A stretch of DNA of 64,000 nucleotides from positions 1,184,001 through 1,248,000 of the forward strand of contig OY762964.1 of assembly GCA_963667035.1 (NCBI GenBank), in the 5' to 3' direction. Within the stretch, counting starts at the first letter, position 1, and every line of letters starts with the position of its first letter. This document shows, piece after piece, positions 42,017 through 52,028 of this stretch. The notes under the pieces are model-generated. The model made no database searches. It had not been told where the DNA came from and worked only from the letters and a program-made list of their open reading frames with translations. This stretch comes from Candidatus Cloacimonadales bacterium. GTDB lineage: Bacteria > Cloacimonadota > Cloacimonadia > Cloacimonadales > JAFGVF01. The position numbers were made by a program, and so were the translations under genes.

Positions 42017-42858
42017 TGGCTATTCCTATTTTACATTTCTGGGAAAACTATTTTACTAATCAGGATGAAGGATTGGGCTCTTCTTACGAGAGAATAGTTT
42101 TGAACAACAAACTGTTACAGATTATCAAGGATAACGAGATTCATTCGTTAATAGAGGTGCCATCATTCGGATTTACAGGTTTAAGCGGTATTAATTCCGT
42201 AGCGGCTTCAAAAGAAGGTTGTGATGTTCGCATTGTTGATAATGACAAAAGACGATGTTCTCTCATAGAGAATACTTGGGACAGAATTGGTGAAACAGTG
42301 ATTGTGGATTATAATCATGAGTTCAATCTGGAAAACTATCAGAAGAATCAGTTTGATATGAGTTGGAACTTCTCTGCTATGTGGTTTTTAAAAGATATTG
42401 AGAGTTTTGTTAAGCAATTAACTCATATAACTAAAAAAGTAATCATGATATGCGTTCCCAATACAAATGGAATTGGCTATATCAGTCAGAAGATGTCCGG
42501 TAAGGATGATTTGAAAAGATTGTTGAGAGAGGAGTTCATTGATAAAGAATATATTGTTGATCTTATGGAGAAGAACAACTGGAAAATAGTGGAGCATAAT
42601 TACATTGATTGTCCACCTTGGCCTGATATTGGTATGTCAAAAGAGAAATTTCTGAAGAAATTTGGATTAGGCATCTTAGTTAAAGAGAATAGCGATGCTA
42701 AAGAGCCTCTTACAATAATTGATTATTATACTAATACTAAGCCTGATTTTGCCGAAGATATGATGAAATATTACTGGTTAGAGAAATCTGCTCCAAGATT
42801 TTTAAAAAAGTATTGGGCACATCACTACTTCCTTATATTTAAACCAGCGAATGAATAA
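42016..42858 (+). CDS. Hypothetical protein, possible class I SAM methyltransferase fold
   Basis: LIEVPSFGFTG, VRIVDND, FDMSWNFSAMW, ICVPN pattern; coupled to both neighbours. Confidence 0.55.
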   Translation: MAIPILHFWENYFTNQDEGLGSSYERIVLNNKLLQIIKDNEIHSLIEVPSFGFTGLSGINSVAASKEGCDVRIVDNDKRRCSLIENTWDRIGETVIVDYNHEFNLENYQKNQFDMSWNFSAMWFLKDIESFVKQLTHITKKVIMICVPNTNGIGYISQKMSGKDDLKRLLREEFIDKEYIVDLMEKNNWKIVEHNYIDCPPWPDIGMSKEKFLKKFGLGILVKENSDAKEPLTIIDYYTNTKPDFAEDMMKYYWLEKSAPRFLKKYWAHHYFLIFKPANE

Positions 42859-43855
42859 ATCGATTATCTCTCTATTTGTAGGATTAATCCTAGGAATAAT
42901 ACTTATTGCCATTTGGTCTCAATTTGTTGATGTATCTATTGTAAGGGAACATATAGAAAGTGTTAACTGGAAGTTTGTTCTCTGGTCTGGGCTTTCCTAT
43001 ATTGCTGCATATTTTGTTAGATCAATCAGATGGAATTATCTTCTAAGCAATGAGAAAAAAATCTCTTACATGAAAACTTACTGTTATTCATTATCCGGGA
43101 ATCTAATCAATTATTTGATTCCTATTAGAGCCGGAGAATTAGCAAAACCATTCTTCTTACTCAAAAATGATGGGATTAATATAAGCAAATCGTTACCTAC
43201 GGTTATAATTGATAAGTTTTTTGATACCATAGGCATATTTCTTGTTCTATTATTGATACCAATATTACATATTAATATTTCTAAAGCTATGCTAATGTTA
43301 ATAATCTTATTGATTCTGATATTTATAATTGGCTTGCTTATATTAATCATTGCCGGTACAAAGCCTAAATTCCTCACTAAAATGATAGAGTTACTCTTTT
43401 TTTGGGCACCTGAGAAAATAAAGAGTAAGATTATGGATGGGATTAGCAGTTTTCTTTCAGGTATTTCTATTCTTAACACAAACAGAAGAATGATATTACC
43501 TTTGTCACTTCTTACCTTCTTGGGTGTTTTGCTTGATGCTATGTATTTTTATCTTGTCTTTATATCCTTTGGAGTAGAAATTAGTTTTGTCATAATCCTG
43601 TTTGGATATACTTTGATTAATTTATCCTATGCCTTACCTCAAACACCAGCTCAGATAGGGACAAATGAATGGATGATGGCAGTTATTTTTAGTGCAGGAT
43701 TTGGATTGGATAAAAATTTATCAGCAGCGATAATGGCTTTTGCCCATATATTTACTGCGATTATATTAATAGTTAGCGGTTTCATAGCGTTATCCTATAC
43801 AGGTAATAGCTTGATAGAGATTTTTATTAAGAGGAGTAATAGCAAGAATGAGTAA
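42851..43855 (+). CDS. Lysylphosphatidylglycerol synthase TM / flippase-like protein (UPF0104)
   Basis: RSIRWNYLL, NYLIPIRAGELAK, DKFFD, PQTPAQIGTNE; multi-TM. Confidence 0.85.
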   Translation: MNKSIISLFVGLILGIILIAIWSQFVDVSIVREHIESVNWKFVLWSGLSYIAAYFVRSIRWNYLLSNEKKISYMKTYCYSLSGNLINYLIPIRAGELAKPFFLLKNDGINISKSLPTVIIDKFFDTIGIFLVLLLIPILHINISKAMLMLIILLILIFIIGLLILIIAGTKPKFLTKMIELLFFWAPEKIKSKIMDGISSFLSGISILNTNRRMILPLSLLTFLGVLLDAMYFYLVFISFGVEISFVIILFGYTLINLSYALPQTPAQIGTNEWMMAVIFSAGFGLDKNLSAAIMAFAHIFTAIILIVSGFIALSYTGNSLIEIFIKRSNSKNE

Positions 43856-44828
43856 TATAGATTCTTTAAAAACATTGAGTTTAGCTGTATCAGACATTAA
43901 AAAAGAGTTAAAGAAAGTTATAATTGGTCAAGATCAGGTTGTAACAGAGATACTAATTGCTCTGTTTGCGGATGGGCATATCTTACTTGAAGGAGTTCCG
44001 GGACTTGCTAAAACACTCATGATATCGAGTTTGGCAAAAGTATTGAATCTGAAGTTTAGTAGAATTCAGTTCACGCCTGATTTGATGCCTTCCGATATTA
44101 CCGGGACAGATATTCTAGCTACTGATGATTCGGGCAAAAGAGCTTTCAATTATATCAAAGGTCCTGTCTTTGCTAATGTGATTTTAGCTGATGAAATCAA
44201 TAGAACACCTCCTAAAACACAGGCAGCTATGTTACAGGCTATGCAAGAGAAACAGGTAACTGCAGGTAATGATACTTTTAACCTTGAACCTCCGTTCCTT
44301 GTACTTGCTACTCAGAATCCTATTGAACAAGAGGGTACTTATCCTCTACCTGAAGCACAATTAGATAGATTCATGTTCAAGATAAGTATTGTTTATCCAA
44401 CACATGAAGAAGAGATTGATATTGTGAAATCAACAACTTTTGGCAACCAAGCAGTAATTAAACCTATTCTTAGTTCAGAAGAGATTATTAATATTCAAAA
44501 AAGTATCAGACAGATTCCCGTCAGTGACCATGTACTGGAGTTTGCAGTTAGCCTTGTCAGAGCAACTAGACCTTCAGAGGATACAATTCCGGAATCTATA
44601 AGAAAATGGATTTCATGGGGAGCAGGTCCAAGAGCATCACAATACCTTGTTCTTGCTGCAAAAACAAAAGCTGCTATGGAGGGAAGATTAACACCATCAG
44701 AAGAAGATGTTTGTTCCGTAGCATTGATTGTTCTAAGGCATAGAATTTTAGTCTCTTTTGCTGCTCAAGCCGAAGGGTTAACACCGGAAGAGGTAATTAA
44801 AAAGCTAATTGATGAGATAAGAAAATGA
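43848..44828 (+). CDS. MoxR-family AAA+ ATPase
   Basis: LEGVPGLAKT, RIQFTPDLMPSD, ADEINRTPPKTQ, ATQNPIEQEGTYPLPEAQLDRF. Confidence 0.95.
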   Translation: MSNIDSLKTLSLAVSDIKKELKKVIIGQDQVVTEILIALFADGHILLEGVPGLAKTLMISSLAKVLNLKFSRIQFTPDLMPSDITGTDILATDDSGKRAFNYIKGPVFANVILADEINRTPPKTQAAMLQAMQEKQVTAGNDTFNLEPPFLVLATQNPIEQEGTYPLPEAQLDRFMFKISIVYPTHEEEIDIVKSTTFGNQAVIKPILSSEEIINIQKSIRQIPVSDHVLEFAVSLVRATRPSEDTIPESIRKWISWGAGPRASQYLVLAAKTKAAMEGRLTPSEEDVCSVALIVLRHRILVSFAAQAEGLTPEEVIKKLIDEIRK

Positions 44829-45742
44829 GAAAAAGCATATTTACTCTACTCCTGATAATGTTTACTTTTAGCCTTTGTGCTCAAGATGTTAGATATTTAA
44901 GATTAGTTTCTTCTGTAAATCTTGATAATGCTAAGCAAATAGCTATAAGTGATGATAAACTCATCGTTCTGAATAATAATGAGATTTATCATTATGACAC
45001 TTTTTCACCTGTTTTCCCATACTTAAAAGAAGTTTATGATGTAAATGGAGAAATTGGTGATATGATGTTGATAGATCAGAAAGTATTGGTAGCATCTGAG
45101 AACATTAATATCAAGATTACTAGAAGGGATACAATCACTACAGCTATGAATAAGTTGAACTTTCAAATGTTTAATGGATCGTCATTAGTCCAAGAAGGAT
45201 CGAATGTTTATATCGGGCATTCGGAAACAGGACTTTATATTGAAGACATAAGACGAGGTTCAATAAGTCAATATCATGATACTCATGGGATATTATCATT
45301 AGCGGCAGAGTGGCCAAATGTTTACGCTGTTAACTCGATGGGATTAGAAACGGTAGATATTGATGATATTTACAATCCCAAAGAACTTGGGCGAAACAAC
45401 AACATCTTTCATCCAAGAGCTATTCAGGTCTCTGGTAGTAAATGTATTATTGGAACCACCAACCAATTAGTGTTTGTTGATGTTAAAGATCCTGCGGATC
45501 CAATTGTAACAAAAACTATAAGACTTAATCATGAAGTTGAAGATATTGAGATTAAGGATGAAGAAGCGTATATTGCTCTTGGCTTGGGTGGTTTAATTGT
45601 TTATAATATAACTGATGTAAAAAAACCTTTAAGATTGGACGATTATAGTACAAGAGGTTTTTGTAGCGACATTGAAATAATGGCTGATTACATCTATGTT
45701 GCCAATGGAAACGCAGGTGTAATCATTCTTAAATTTGATTAA
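44825..45742 (+). CDS. Secreted LVIVD-repeat beta-propeller protein
   Basis: Signal peptide; GLETVDIDDIYNP, LVFVDVKDPADP, GLIVYNITDVKKP, YIYVANG repeats. Confidence 0.8.
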   Translation: MRKSIFTLLLIMFTFSLCAQDVRYLRLVSSVNLDNAKQIAISDDKLIVLNNNEIYHYDTFSPVFPYLKEVYDVNGEIGDMMLIDQKVLVASENINIKITRRDTITTAMNKLNFQMFNGSSLVQEGSNVYIGHSETGLYIEDIRRGSISQYHDTHGILSLAAEWPNVYAVNSMGLETVDIDDIYNPKELGRNNNIFHPRAIQVSGSKCIIGTTNQLVFVDVKDPADPIVTKTIRLNHEVEDIEIKDEEAYIALGLGGLIVYNITDVKKPLRLDDYSTRGFCSDIEIMADYIYVANGNAGVIILKFD

Positions 45743-45752
45743 GGAGTGATTT

Positions 45753-46418
45753 ATGAAAAAGTTATTGTATATTCTAATCCCATTTATGTTTCTTATTGCA
45801 TGTGATGACCGAAAACCTGATTATGCAGACTTAAATTTTGATATAACAGAAGATGCTGTATATAATAGAAACAATTATAATGAATTCAATATAACAGTTC
45901 AACTTTCAGGAAAGAAAGATAAGATTGCCTACAAGTATGTGTATTTTGAATTCGATCATGATGTTGCTACATTTTTTGGAGGATCAACCTACTCAAATGT
46001 CCAAACAGATGAAAATGGATATGCCGAAGCTGAGCTATACATCATGGACTTTGATTACAGAGGTGAATTCCATATTCAAGCATCGTATGAAAATCAAAGT
46101 GTAACTCGTACAATCATGGTCGAAGATATCCCCAATATAGCAATTTTAACTGCAGATCCAGAAACTATACCTGCCGATGGAGCTTCCCAATCAAGAATAA
46201 GATTTGAGCTAACTAGTCCTTCAGACAACATTGTTAATCAAAGGATAAATTTTACTTCAAATTTAGGTAACCTAGTACCCAATACTATTCTTACGAACGA
46301 AGAAGGTAAAGGAGAGATTATATTTGTCTCAGGAGAGGAGGTCGGGGCTGCTACTATAGTTGCAGAATTAGCTATTTGTCCTGAAGAAAAAAGCTATGTA
46401 TATGTAGTATGTGAGTAA
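45753..46418 (+). CDS. Lipoprotein with invasin/Big_1-like Ig domains
   Basis: Lipobox FLIAC; TDENGYA, ADPETIPADGASQS, TNEEGKG. Confidence 0.75.
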   Translation: MKKLLYILIPFMFLIACDDRKPDYADLNFDITEDAVYNRNNYNEFNITVQLSGKKDKIAYKYVYFEFDHDVATFFGGSTYSNVQTDENGYAEAELYIMDFDYRGEFHIQASYENQSVTRTIMVEDIPNIAILTADPETIPADGASQSRIRFELTSPSDNIVNQRINFTSNLGNLVPNTILTNEEGKGEIIFVSGEEVGAATIVAELAICPEEKSYVYVVCE

Positions 46419-46424
46419 CAATAG

Positions 46425-46871
46425 ATGAATCAACTGAAGTTAGGAGATAGTATTGCTTCAATTCATCAATTGGAGAAAGGTAAGAAGTTAAGCCGACCCC
46501 TAATTGGGAGTTTCATACAAGCCGGTTTCCCATCTCCTGCCACAGATTACATTGAGAAGTCTCTTGATCTTAATGAGTTTTTAATTGAACATCCGGCTGC
46601 TACTTATTTTATTAGAGTTGATGGATACTCAATGTTAAATGCAGGAATAAATCCGGATGACATATTGATAGTGGATAGAGCTATTGAAGCATCTAACAAC
46701 AAAATAGTGATAGCTGTATACGATGGAGAATTAACCGTTAAGAAACTCAAAATTAGAGAAGGTGTTTATTATCTTGTCCCTGAAAATTCTCAATACAATG
46801 AGATTCAGATTACCGGAGAGGTTGACTTCTCAATTTGGGGAGTAGTTACATTTATAATACATAAAGCTTGA
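46425..46871 (+). CDS. umuD: DNA polymerase V autoproteolytic subunit UmuD
   Basis: AGFPSPATDY, RVDGYSM, ELTVKKL, WGVVT. Confidence 0.92.
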   Translation: MNQLKLGDSIASIHQLEKGKKLSRPLIGSFIQAGFPSPATDYIEKSLDLNEFLIEHPAATYFIRVDGYSMLNAGINPDDILIVDRAIEASNNKIVIAVYDGELTVKKLKIREGVYYLVPENSQYNEIQITGEVDFSIWGVVTFIIHKA

Positions 46872-46872
46872 A

Positions 46873-48156
46873 ATGCCAATATCCCCCAACAGTAAGATTT
46901 ATGCTTTAGTTGATTGTAATAGCTTTTATGCTTCTTGTGAGAGAGTGTTTCGTCCTGATTTAAAAGGTAAACCCATTGCAGTGTTATCAAACAATGATGG
47001 TTGTATTGTAGCTCGATCTCCCGAACTAAAGAAGCTTAATGTCCCCATGGGGGCACCTGCTTTTAAATATGAAGAGAAGATCGTAAAAGCAGGAGGCGTA
47101 ATATTCTCGTCAAACTATGAGTTATATGCAGACTTATCTAATAGAGTTATGACAGTGTTAGAATTATTTACACCTGAATTGGAAATATACTCTATTGATG
47201 AAGCTTTTCTATTACTGACTGGATTTAAAGATAGAGATTTAACTGAGCTTGGTAATGAGATTAGGAATACTGTAAATAAATGGACAGGGATACCAGTATC
47301 TGTTGGTATAGGGGCGACTAAAACGCAAGCTAAAATTGCTAACCATATTGCAAAAAGATATGCTAAATTCAAGAACGTTTTTTCACTTTACAGACATCCA
47401 AATATTGATACGGTCTTAGACTATGTGGCAGTTGATGATATATGGGGGATAGGCAGACAATACTCAAGATTTCTCATTCAAAATGGTATTAAAACAGCAA
47501 AGCAGTTAAGGGATACCGATCTTCAATGGATAAAAAAATATATGACAGTTATGGGAGCTAGAACCGTTCTTGAATTAAAAGGTATAGATTGCCTCGAACT
47601 TGATATGGTGGAGTCACCAAAGAAAGGTATTGTTTCTTCCAGATCATTCGGGAAACCTGTTGAATCTTTAATCGATTTAGAAGAAGCTGTATCTACCTAC
47701 ATGACTAGAGCTTGTGAGAAACTGAGAAATCAGGGGTCAATTGCTTCTTATATCTCTGTATTCTTGGGAACAAATAGATTTAAACCGGAAGCTCAATATT
47801 CGAATTCTTTAACAACTCAGCTAAAAGAACCAACAGCCTATACTCCAACTATGATTGAAACAGCCGTTAAACTGCTTAAAGTTATTTACAGATCAAATTT
47901 TTACTATAAAAAAGCCGGAGTTATGCTGACTGGAATAGTAAATCAATATAATGTCCCACCGGATGCCTTTGAACCTGCATATGTAGATGATAGAACAAAA
48001 AAGGTTATGGATACTATAGACTCATTAAATAATGTCCTAGGTAGAGATACTTTGTATTATGCTAGTAATGGCTGTAAACAAGAATGGCATATGAGAAGGG
48101 AGAAACTTTCACCGAAATATTCTACAAACTGGAAAGATATTCCTACGGTAAAATAA
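46873..48156 (+). CDS. umuC: Y-family DNA polymerase V subunit UmuC
   Basis: LVDCNSFYASCE, LSNNDGC, YSIDEAF, SRSFG, W.MRRE.LSP.YST.W. Confidence 0.95.
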   Translation: MPISPNSKIYALVDCNSFYASCERVFRPDLKGKPIAVLSNNDGCIVARSPELKKLNVPMGAPAFKYEEKIVKAGGVIFSSNYELYADLSNRVMTVLELFTPELEIYSIDEAFLLLTGFKDRDLTELGNEIRNTVNKWTGIPVSVGIGATKTQAKIANHIAKRYAKFKNVFSLYRHPNIDTVLDYVAVDDIWGIGRQYSRFLIQNGIKTAKQLRDTDLQWIKKYMTVMGARTVLELKGIDCLELDMVESPKKGIVSSRSFGKPVESLIDLEEAVSTYMTRACEKLRNQGSIASYISVFLGTNRFKPEAQYSNSLTTQLKEPTAYTPTMIETAVKLLKVIYRSNFYYKKAGVMLTGIVNQYNVPPDAFEPAYVDDRTKKVMDTIDSLNNVLGRDTLYYASNGCKQEWHMRREKLSPKYSTNWKDIPTVK

Positions 48157-48263
48157 ATTGTAGCAATACTTGTATAGTGTGTATAAACATTTTTTTGTTG
48201 TTCAAATATTAAGCGATGATTATTTTGACCAGAATTATAGATTATTAACGATTTAGAGGAGAT

Positions 48264-51200
48264 ATGATGAGAAACCGCTTACTAATCGTTATACTTCTGT
48301 TGCTGGTTTTTAGTTTGTTCAGCACACAGGAATATAAAGTAAACTTCCCAAAGTTAGAATCAAAAACATTAGCAGATAGCAGATTACCAATGATTTACAA
48401 TCCGGGTAGTCCCAAACTTCCATATAAGACCGTGAAACTCCTTATCCCACAAGGAATGAAACTTGATAATATTTCAGTTATCGAAAGTAATACAACAATC
48501 AAGAATGGTATTGAAATTGATTTTGTAAGAGAACAAAAAACAATAAGCGATAAATCACCAGATTATACCAAAAAGAACTCTAGATTATATAGTAGTTATA
48601 CAGTTTATCCGACCGAATCATATAGAATTCTTTCAAGACAAACTATGAATGGATATTCAATTCAAACGATAGCTTTATTTCCATATAGATACAATCCTGT
48701 TGCAAAAAAGCTTTACCAAACTGAAAGTATGACAATTGTTCCAAGTTTCGTTGGCAATACAAAATACACTGGTTCAAAGATGCTAAGTATGGCTAAAGAC
48801 GTTAGAAACAAAATTGCCAGCATGGTACTAAATCCCGATACAATAAATAGTTATATAAAAGAGCCCGATACTTACAATAGAAATATACCGGATACTAATA
48901 ATCCTTATGACATGATAATCATTACCGGAGCAGAACAAAGTTCTTGGTTTGCAGATTATGTAACATGGAAAGAATCAAAAGGTATTTCAGCCACAGTAGT
49001 AACGACACAGGACATCTATGCCAACTATGCTGGTATAGATCATGCAGAAATGATAAGGAATTATATTATAGATGCATATCAAGCTTATAGTACTACAACA
49101 AATCCTTTGAAATATGTAATACTCGGTGGAGATGATGAGATTATCCCAATCAGAGGTGTTTATGGAGAAGTCGGAGATAATATAGATTACAATATGCCTT
49201 CAGACCTATATTTTGCATGTTTGGATGGTAATTGGGATAGTAATATGAATTTAGTATTTGGAGAACCAAGCGATGAAGTTGATTATTATCCAGAGATAAG
49301 TGTAGGTCGTATTCCTGCTGAAACTCAAATCGAGTTTGATAATTTCTTTCATAAGGTATATCACTATGTTGATAATACAAGCTATAGTACAAACAAAGCA
49401 GCAATGATAGGAGAGAATCTTAATATGAATCCCATGACATGGGGTGGGGATTATAAAGATGAGATATTAGTTAAGATGCCTGACACTTTTCATATTGAAA
49501 CTCATTATGAAAGAGATGGTACTTTTTCACGCTCTGAAGTAATGGATTGTATCAATAGTGGTGTAAATATAATTAATCATATGGGGCATGCAAACCAAAG
49601 CTTTTTAATGGGAATGGTTACATCTAGCGTATCAAGCTTAACCAATACAGACTATGGTTTCCTTTTCAGTCAAGGTTGCTATCCGGCAGCTTTTGATGAA
49701 GGAACAAGTCAAACCAGTGAGTCTATAGCAGAAAACTTTATCATCAGACCTGGTGGATTGATGGCCTTTATTGGAAATACACGATATGGATGGTATTATC
49801 CTGGTTCAACTGATGGTGCTTCTCAATTCTATGACCGTTCCTTTTTTGATGCTCTTTATGAAGAGAACATAAAGGAATTAGGGGCTGCTCATGAGTACTG
49901 TTTACTAGACAATGTTGATCAAATTGACATGAATCCTGTAATGAGATGGTGCCACATGGAGCTTATTTTGTTTGGTGATCCATCAATTGAACTTAGAGAT
50001 CCTGTTGACAATATGCCAAATCTTGAACTCGTGGATGTTGAGTACTCAGATGTAAATGGCGATAATGATGGAAACATGAATCCTGGAGAATCAATTATGA
50101 TTCATCCTGTTATTCATAATATTGAAGGATGGGATTCTGCAGAGCAAGTTACAATTGAACTAATAAATGCAGAAGAACCTATTGAGATAACACAGAGTAC
50201 TATAGCTCTTGGACAAATCCCTGCGAATGAAACTATAAATCCTTCAGATAGTTTTGAAGTAAGCTTACCTTATGAAATTGAGCTTAAAGACTATAATATT
50301 ACAATTAATATAAAAGCTTTCATTAGTGGAGAAGAGGTTTTTAATCGTAGCTTTGATAGCCAGTTCTCGGTAAACTTACTTAATAGCAATTTTCCTTGGA
50401 CAACGAATATCTCAAGTAAATCATCTCCGGTAGTTATTGACTACAATAATGATGGTGCTAATGAAATTCTATATGCAGATAATTTCGGATGTATTAGAAT
50501 ACTTGATGCTACTGGTAATCAAATTGATTCTTTGAATACGAATAGAATAGAGAATATTATGTCTAGCTTTGCTGTAGCTGATATCGATAATGATGAATAT
50601 CTTGATTATGTATTCTGTAGCAGAACAGGGGCTATATATGCACTTAATCACTTAGGAGAATATCTATTTGATTATACTGAAGGAGGTATTTTTATCAAGA
50701 ATCCTGTTATTGCGGATGTTAATAATGATGGCTTCCTTGAAGCAATAGCTATGGATCTTCAGTACAAATTTTACGTATTAGATAATGAAGGTACTCCTCT
50801 TACTGGTTTCCCTAAAACAGTGGATTATGGTGCAGCTTGCTCTCCGGCAATTGCTGATTTAGATAATGACGGATTTAAAGATATAATTGTTGGAGGGTCA
50901 ACAGGATTACTCTATGCATATAACTATTTAGGTAACGTTCTTGAGGGTTTCCCTGTTGACCTAGGTGAACCTATCTATAATAATCCAACAATAATTGATA
51001 ACAACTCTATAGTAGTTGCTACTTCAACACAATTGTTTACAGTTTCTGGTAACGGAGGCATAGAAGCATCGATAAACATATCCAGTCCAATAGCTAATAG
51101 TGTTATTGCTGCTGATTTCTTCCCTGCTGTTGAAGGTGCTGAAATAGCTTTTGTCACATCAAACGGTTCAATATATTTATTAGATAGAAATCTGAATACA

Positions 51201-51860
51201 ATGGATGGTTTTCCTGTTAACACAGGTCTATTATATGCATGGCCTCCATTAGCCGGAGATGTTGATGGTGATGGGAATGTGGACTTACTGGCAATTTCTC
51301 AATCAAATAACATTTATCTGTTACGTAGGGATGGAACTTCATTTGCAGGTTTCCCTTATGACTTACGTTTCAATGGTCATGTTGCATCTCAATTGATAGA
51401 CATTGATTCTGATAATGATTTGGATATTGTTTGTGGTGTTTCATTGGGCATCATGGTTGTTGATACTAAAAGACCTGTCTCAGGACATTTAAACTGGGTG
51501 ACATATAGAGGTGATTTACAGAGAACAGGCAATTACAATTATTTACCTTATGTAGAAAATGAAGAGAATGAGCAGATTACATATAAATCTTGTCTTATAG
51601 GTAATTATCCTAATCCCTTTAATCCGACAACAGCAATAGGCTTTGCTCTAAAACAATCTGAAACAGTATCATTAGTAATATACAATATTAAGGGTCAAAA
51701 AATAAAAACATTAACGAATGAGAAATATGGTTCAGGTGAGCATACAATTGTATGGGACGGAAAGGACTCTGATAATAATTATGTATCAAGCGGTATATAT
51801 TTATATAAATTAAATGCGGGAACTTATACAAAATCCAAGAAAATGATTCTAATGAAATAG
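48264..51860 (+). CDS. Gingipain-like peptidase C25 with FG-GAP repeats and FlgD-Ig/T9SS-like CTD
   Basis: PGSPKLP propeptide, LGGDDEIIP, SDLYFACLDG, HMGHA...SQGC dyad, LFGDP, ADLDNDG repeats, NYPNPFNP. Confidence 0.88.
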   Translation: MMRNRLLIVILLLLVFSLFSTQEYKVNFPKLESKTLADSRLPMIYNPGSPKLPYKTVKLLIPQGMKLDNISVIESNTTIKNGIEIDFVREQKTISDKSPDYTKKNSRLYSSYTVYPTESYRILSRQTMNGYSIQTIALFPYRYNPVAKKLYQTESMTIVPSFVGNTKYTGSKMLSMAKDVRNKIASMVLNPDTINSYIKEPDTYNRNIPDTNNPYDMIIITGAEQSSWFADYVTWKESKGISATVVTTQDIYANYAGIDHAEMIRNYIIDAYQAYSTTTNPLKYVILGGDDEIIPIRGVYGEVGDNIDYNMPSDLYFACLDGNWDSNMNLVFGEPSDEVDYYPEISVGRIPAETQIEFDNFFHKVYHYVDNTSYSTNKAAMIGENLNMNPMTWGGDYKDEILVKMPDTFHIETHYERDGTFSRSEVMDCINSGVNIINHMGHANQSFLMGMVTSSVSSLTNTDYGFLFSQGCYPAAFDEGTSQTSESIAENFIIRPGGLMAFIGNTRYGWYYPGSTDGASQFYDRSFFDALYEENIKELGAAHEYCLLDNVDQIDMNPVMRWCHMELILFGDPSIELRDPVDNMPNLELVDVEYSDVNGDNDGNMNPGESIMIHPVIHNIEGWDSAEQVTIELINAEEPIEITQSTIALGQIPANETINPSDSFEVSLPYEIELKDYNITINIKAFISGEEVFNRSFDSQFSVNLLNSNFPWTTNISSKSSPVVIDYNNDGANEILYADNFGCIRILDATGNQIDSLNTNRIENIMSSFAVADIDNDEYLDYVFCSRTGAIYALNHLGEYLFDYTEGGIFIKNPVIADVNNDGFLEAIAMDLQYKFYVLDNEGTPLTGFPKTVDYGAACSPAIADLDNDGFKDIIVGGSTGLLYAYNYLGNVLEGFPVDLGEPIYNNPTIIDNNSIVVATSTQLFTVSGNGGIEASINISSPIANSVIAADFFPAVEGAEIAFVTSNGSIYLLDRNLNTMDGFPVNTGLLYAWPPLAGDVDGDGNVDLLAISQSNNIYLLRRDGTSFAGFPYDLRFNGHVASQLIDIDSDNDLDIVCGVSLGIMVVDTKRPVSGHLNWVTYRGDLQRTGNYNYLPYVENEENEQITYKSCLIGNYPNPFNPTTAIGFALKQSETVSLVIYNIKGQKIKTLTNEKYGSGEHTIVWDGKDSDNNYVSSGIYLYKLNAGTYTKSKKMILMK

Positions 51861-51880
51861 ATTCCTAGGTTTCTTTTACA

Positions 51881-51902
51881 AGACCGGTCTTATGACCGGT
51901 CT
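51881..51902. repeat. Hairpin target site, left copy of the 22-bp duplication flanking IS copy 2
   Basis: AGACCGGTC-TTAT-GACCGGTCT; identical copy at 53555-53576. Confidence 0.9.
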
Positions 51903-51911
51903 CAGACTGTT

Positions 51912-51952
51912 GACAAAGCTATGAGTAAGATTTCATAGCTTTGTCTTTTTTT
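51912..51952 (+). terminator. Intrinsic terminator inside the IS left end
   Basis: GACAAAGCTATGA-gtaagatt-TCATAGCTTTGTC followed by T7; copy 1 has a G.U-compatible variant. Confidence 0.75.
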
Positions 51953-52028
51953 AGCTTAAAATAAGAACATCAATCATTGACAGATTTCTCCAAATATTAT
52001 ACTTAAACCATCATAATTAGAGGTGGTT

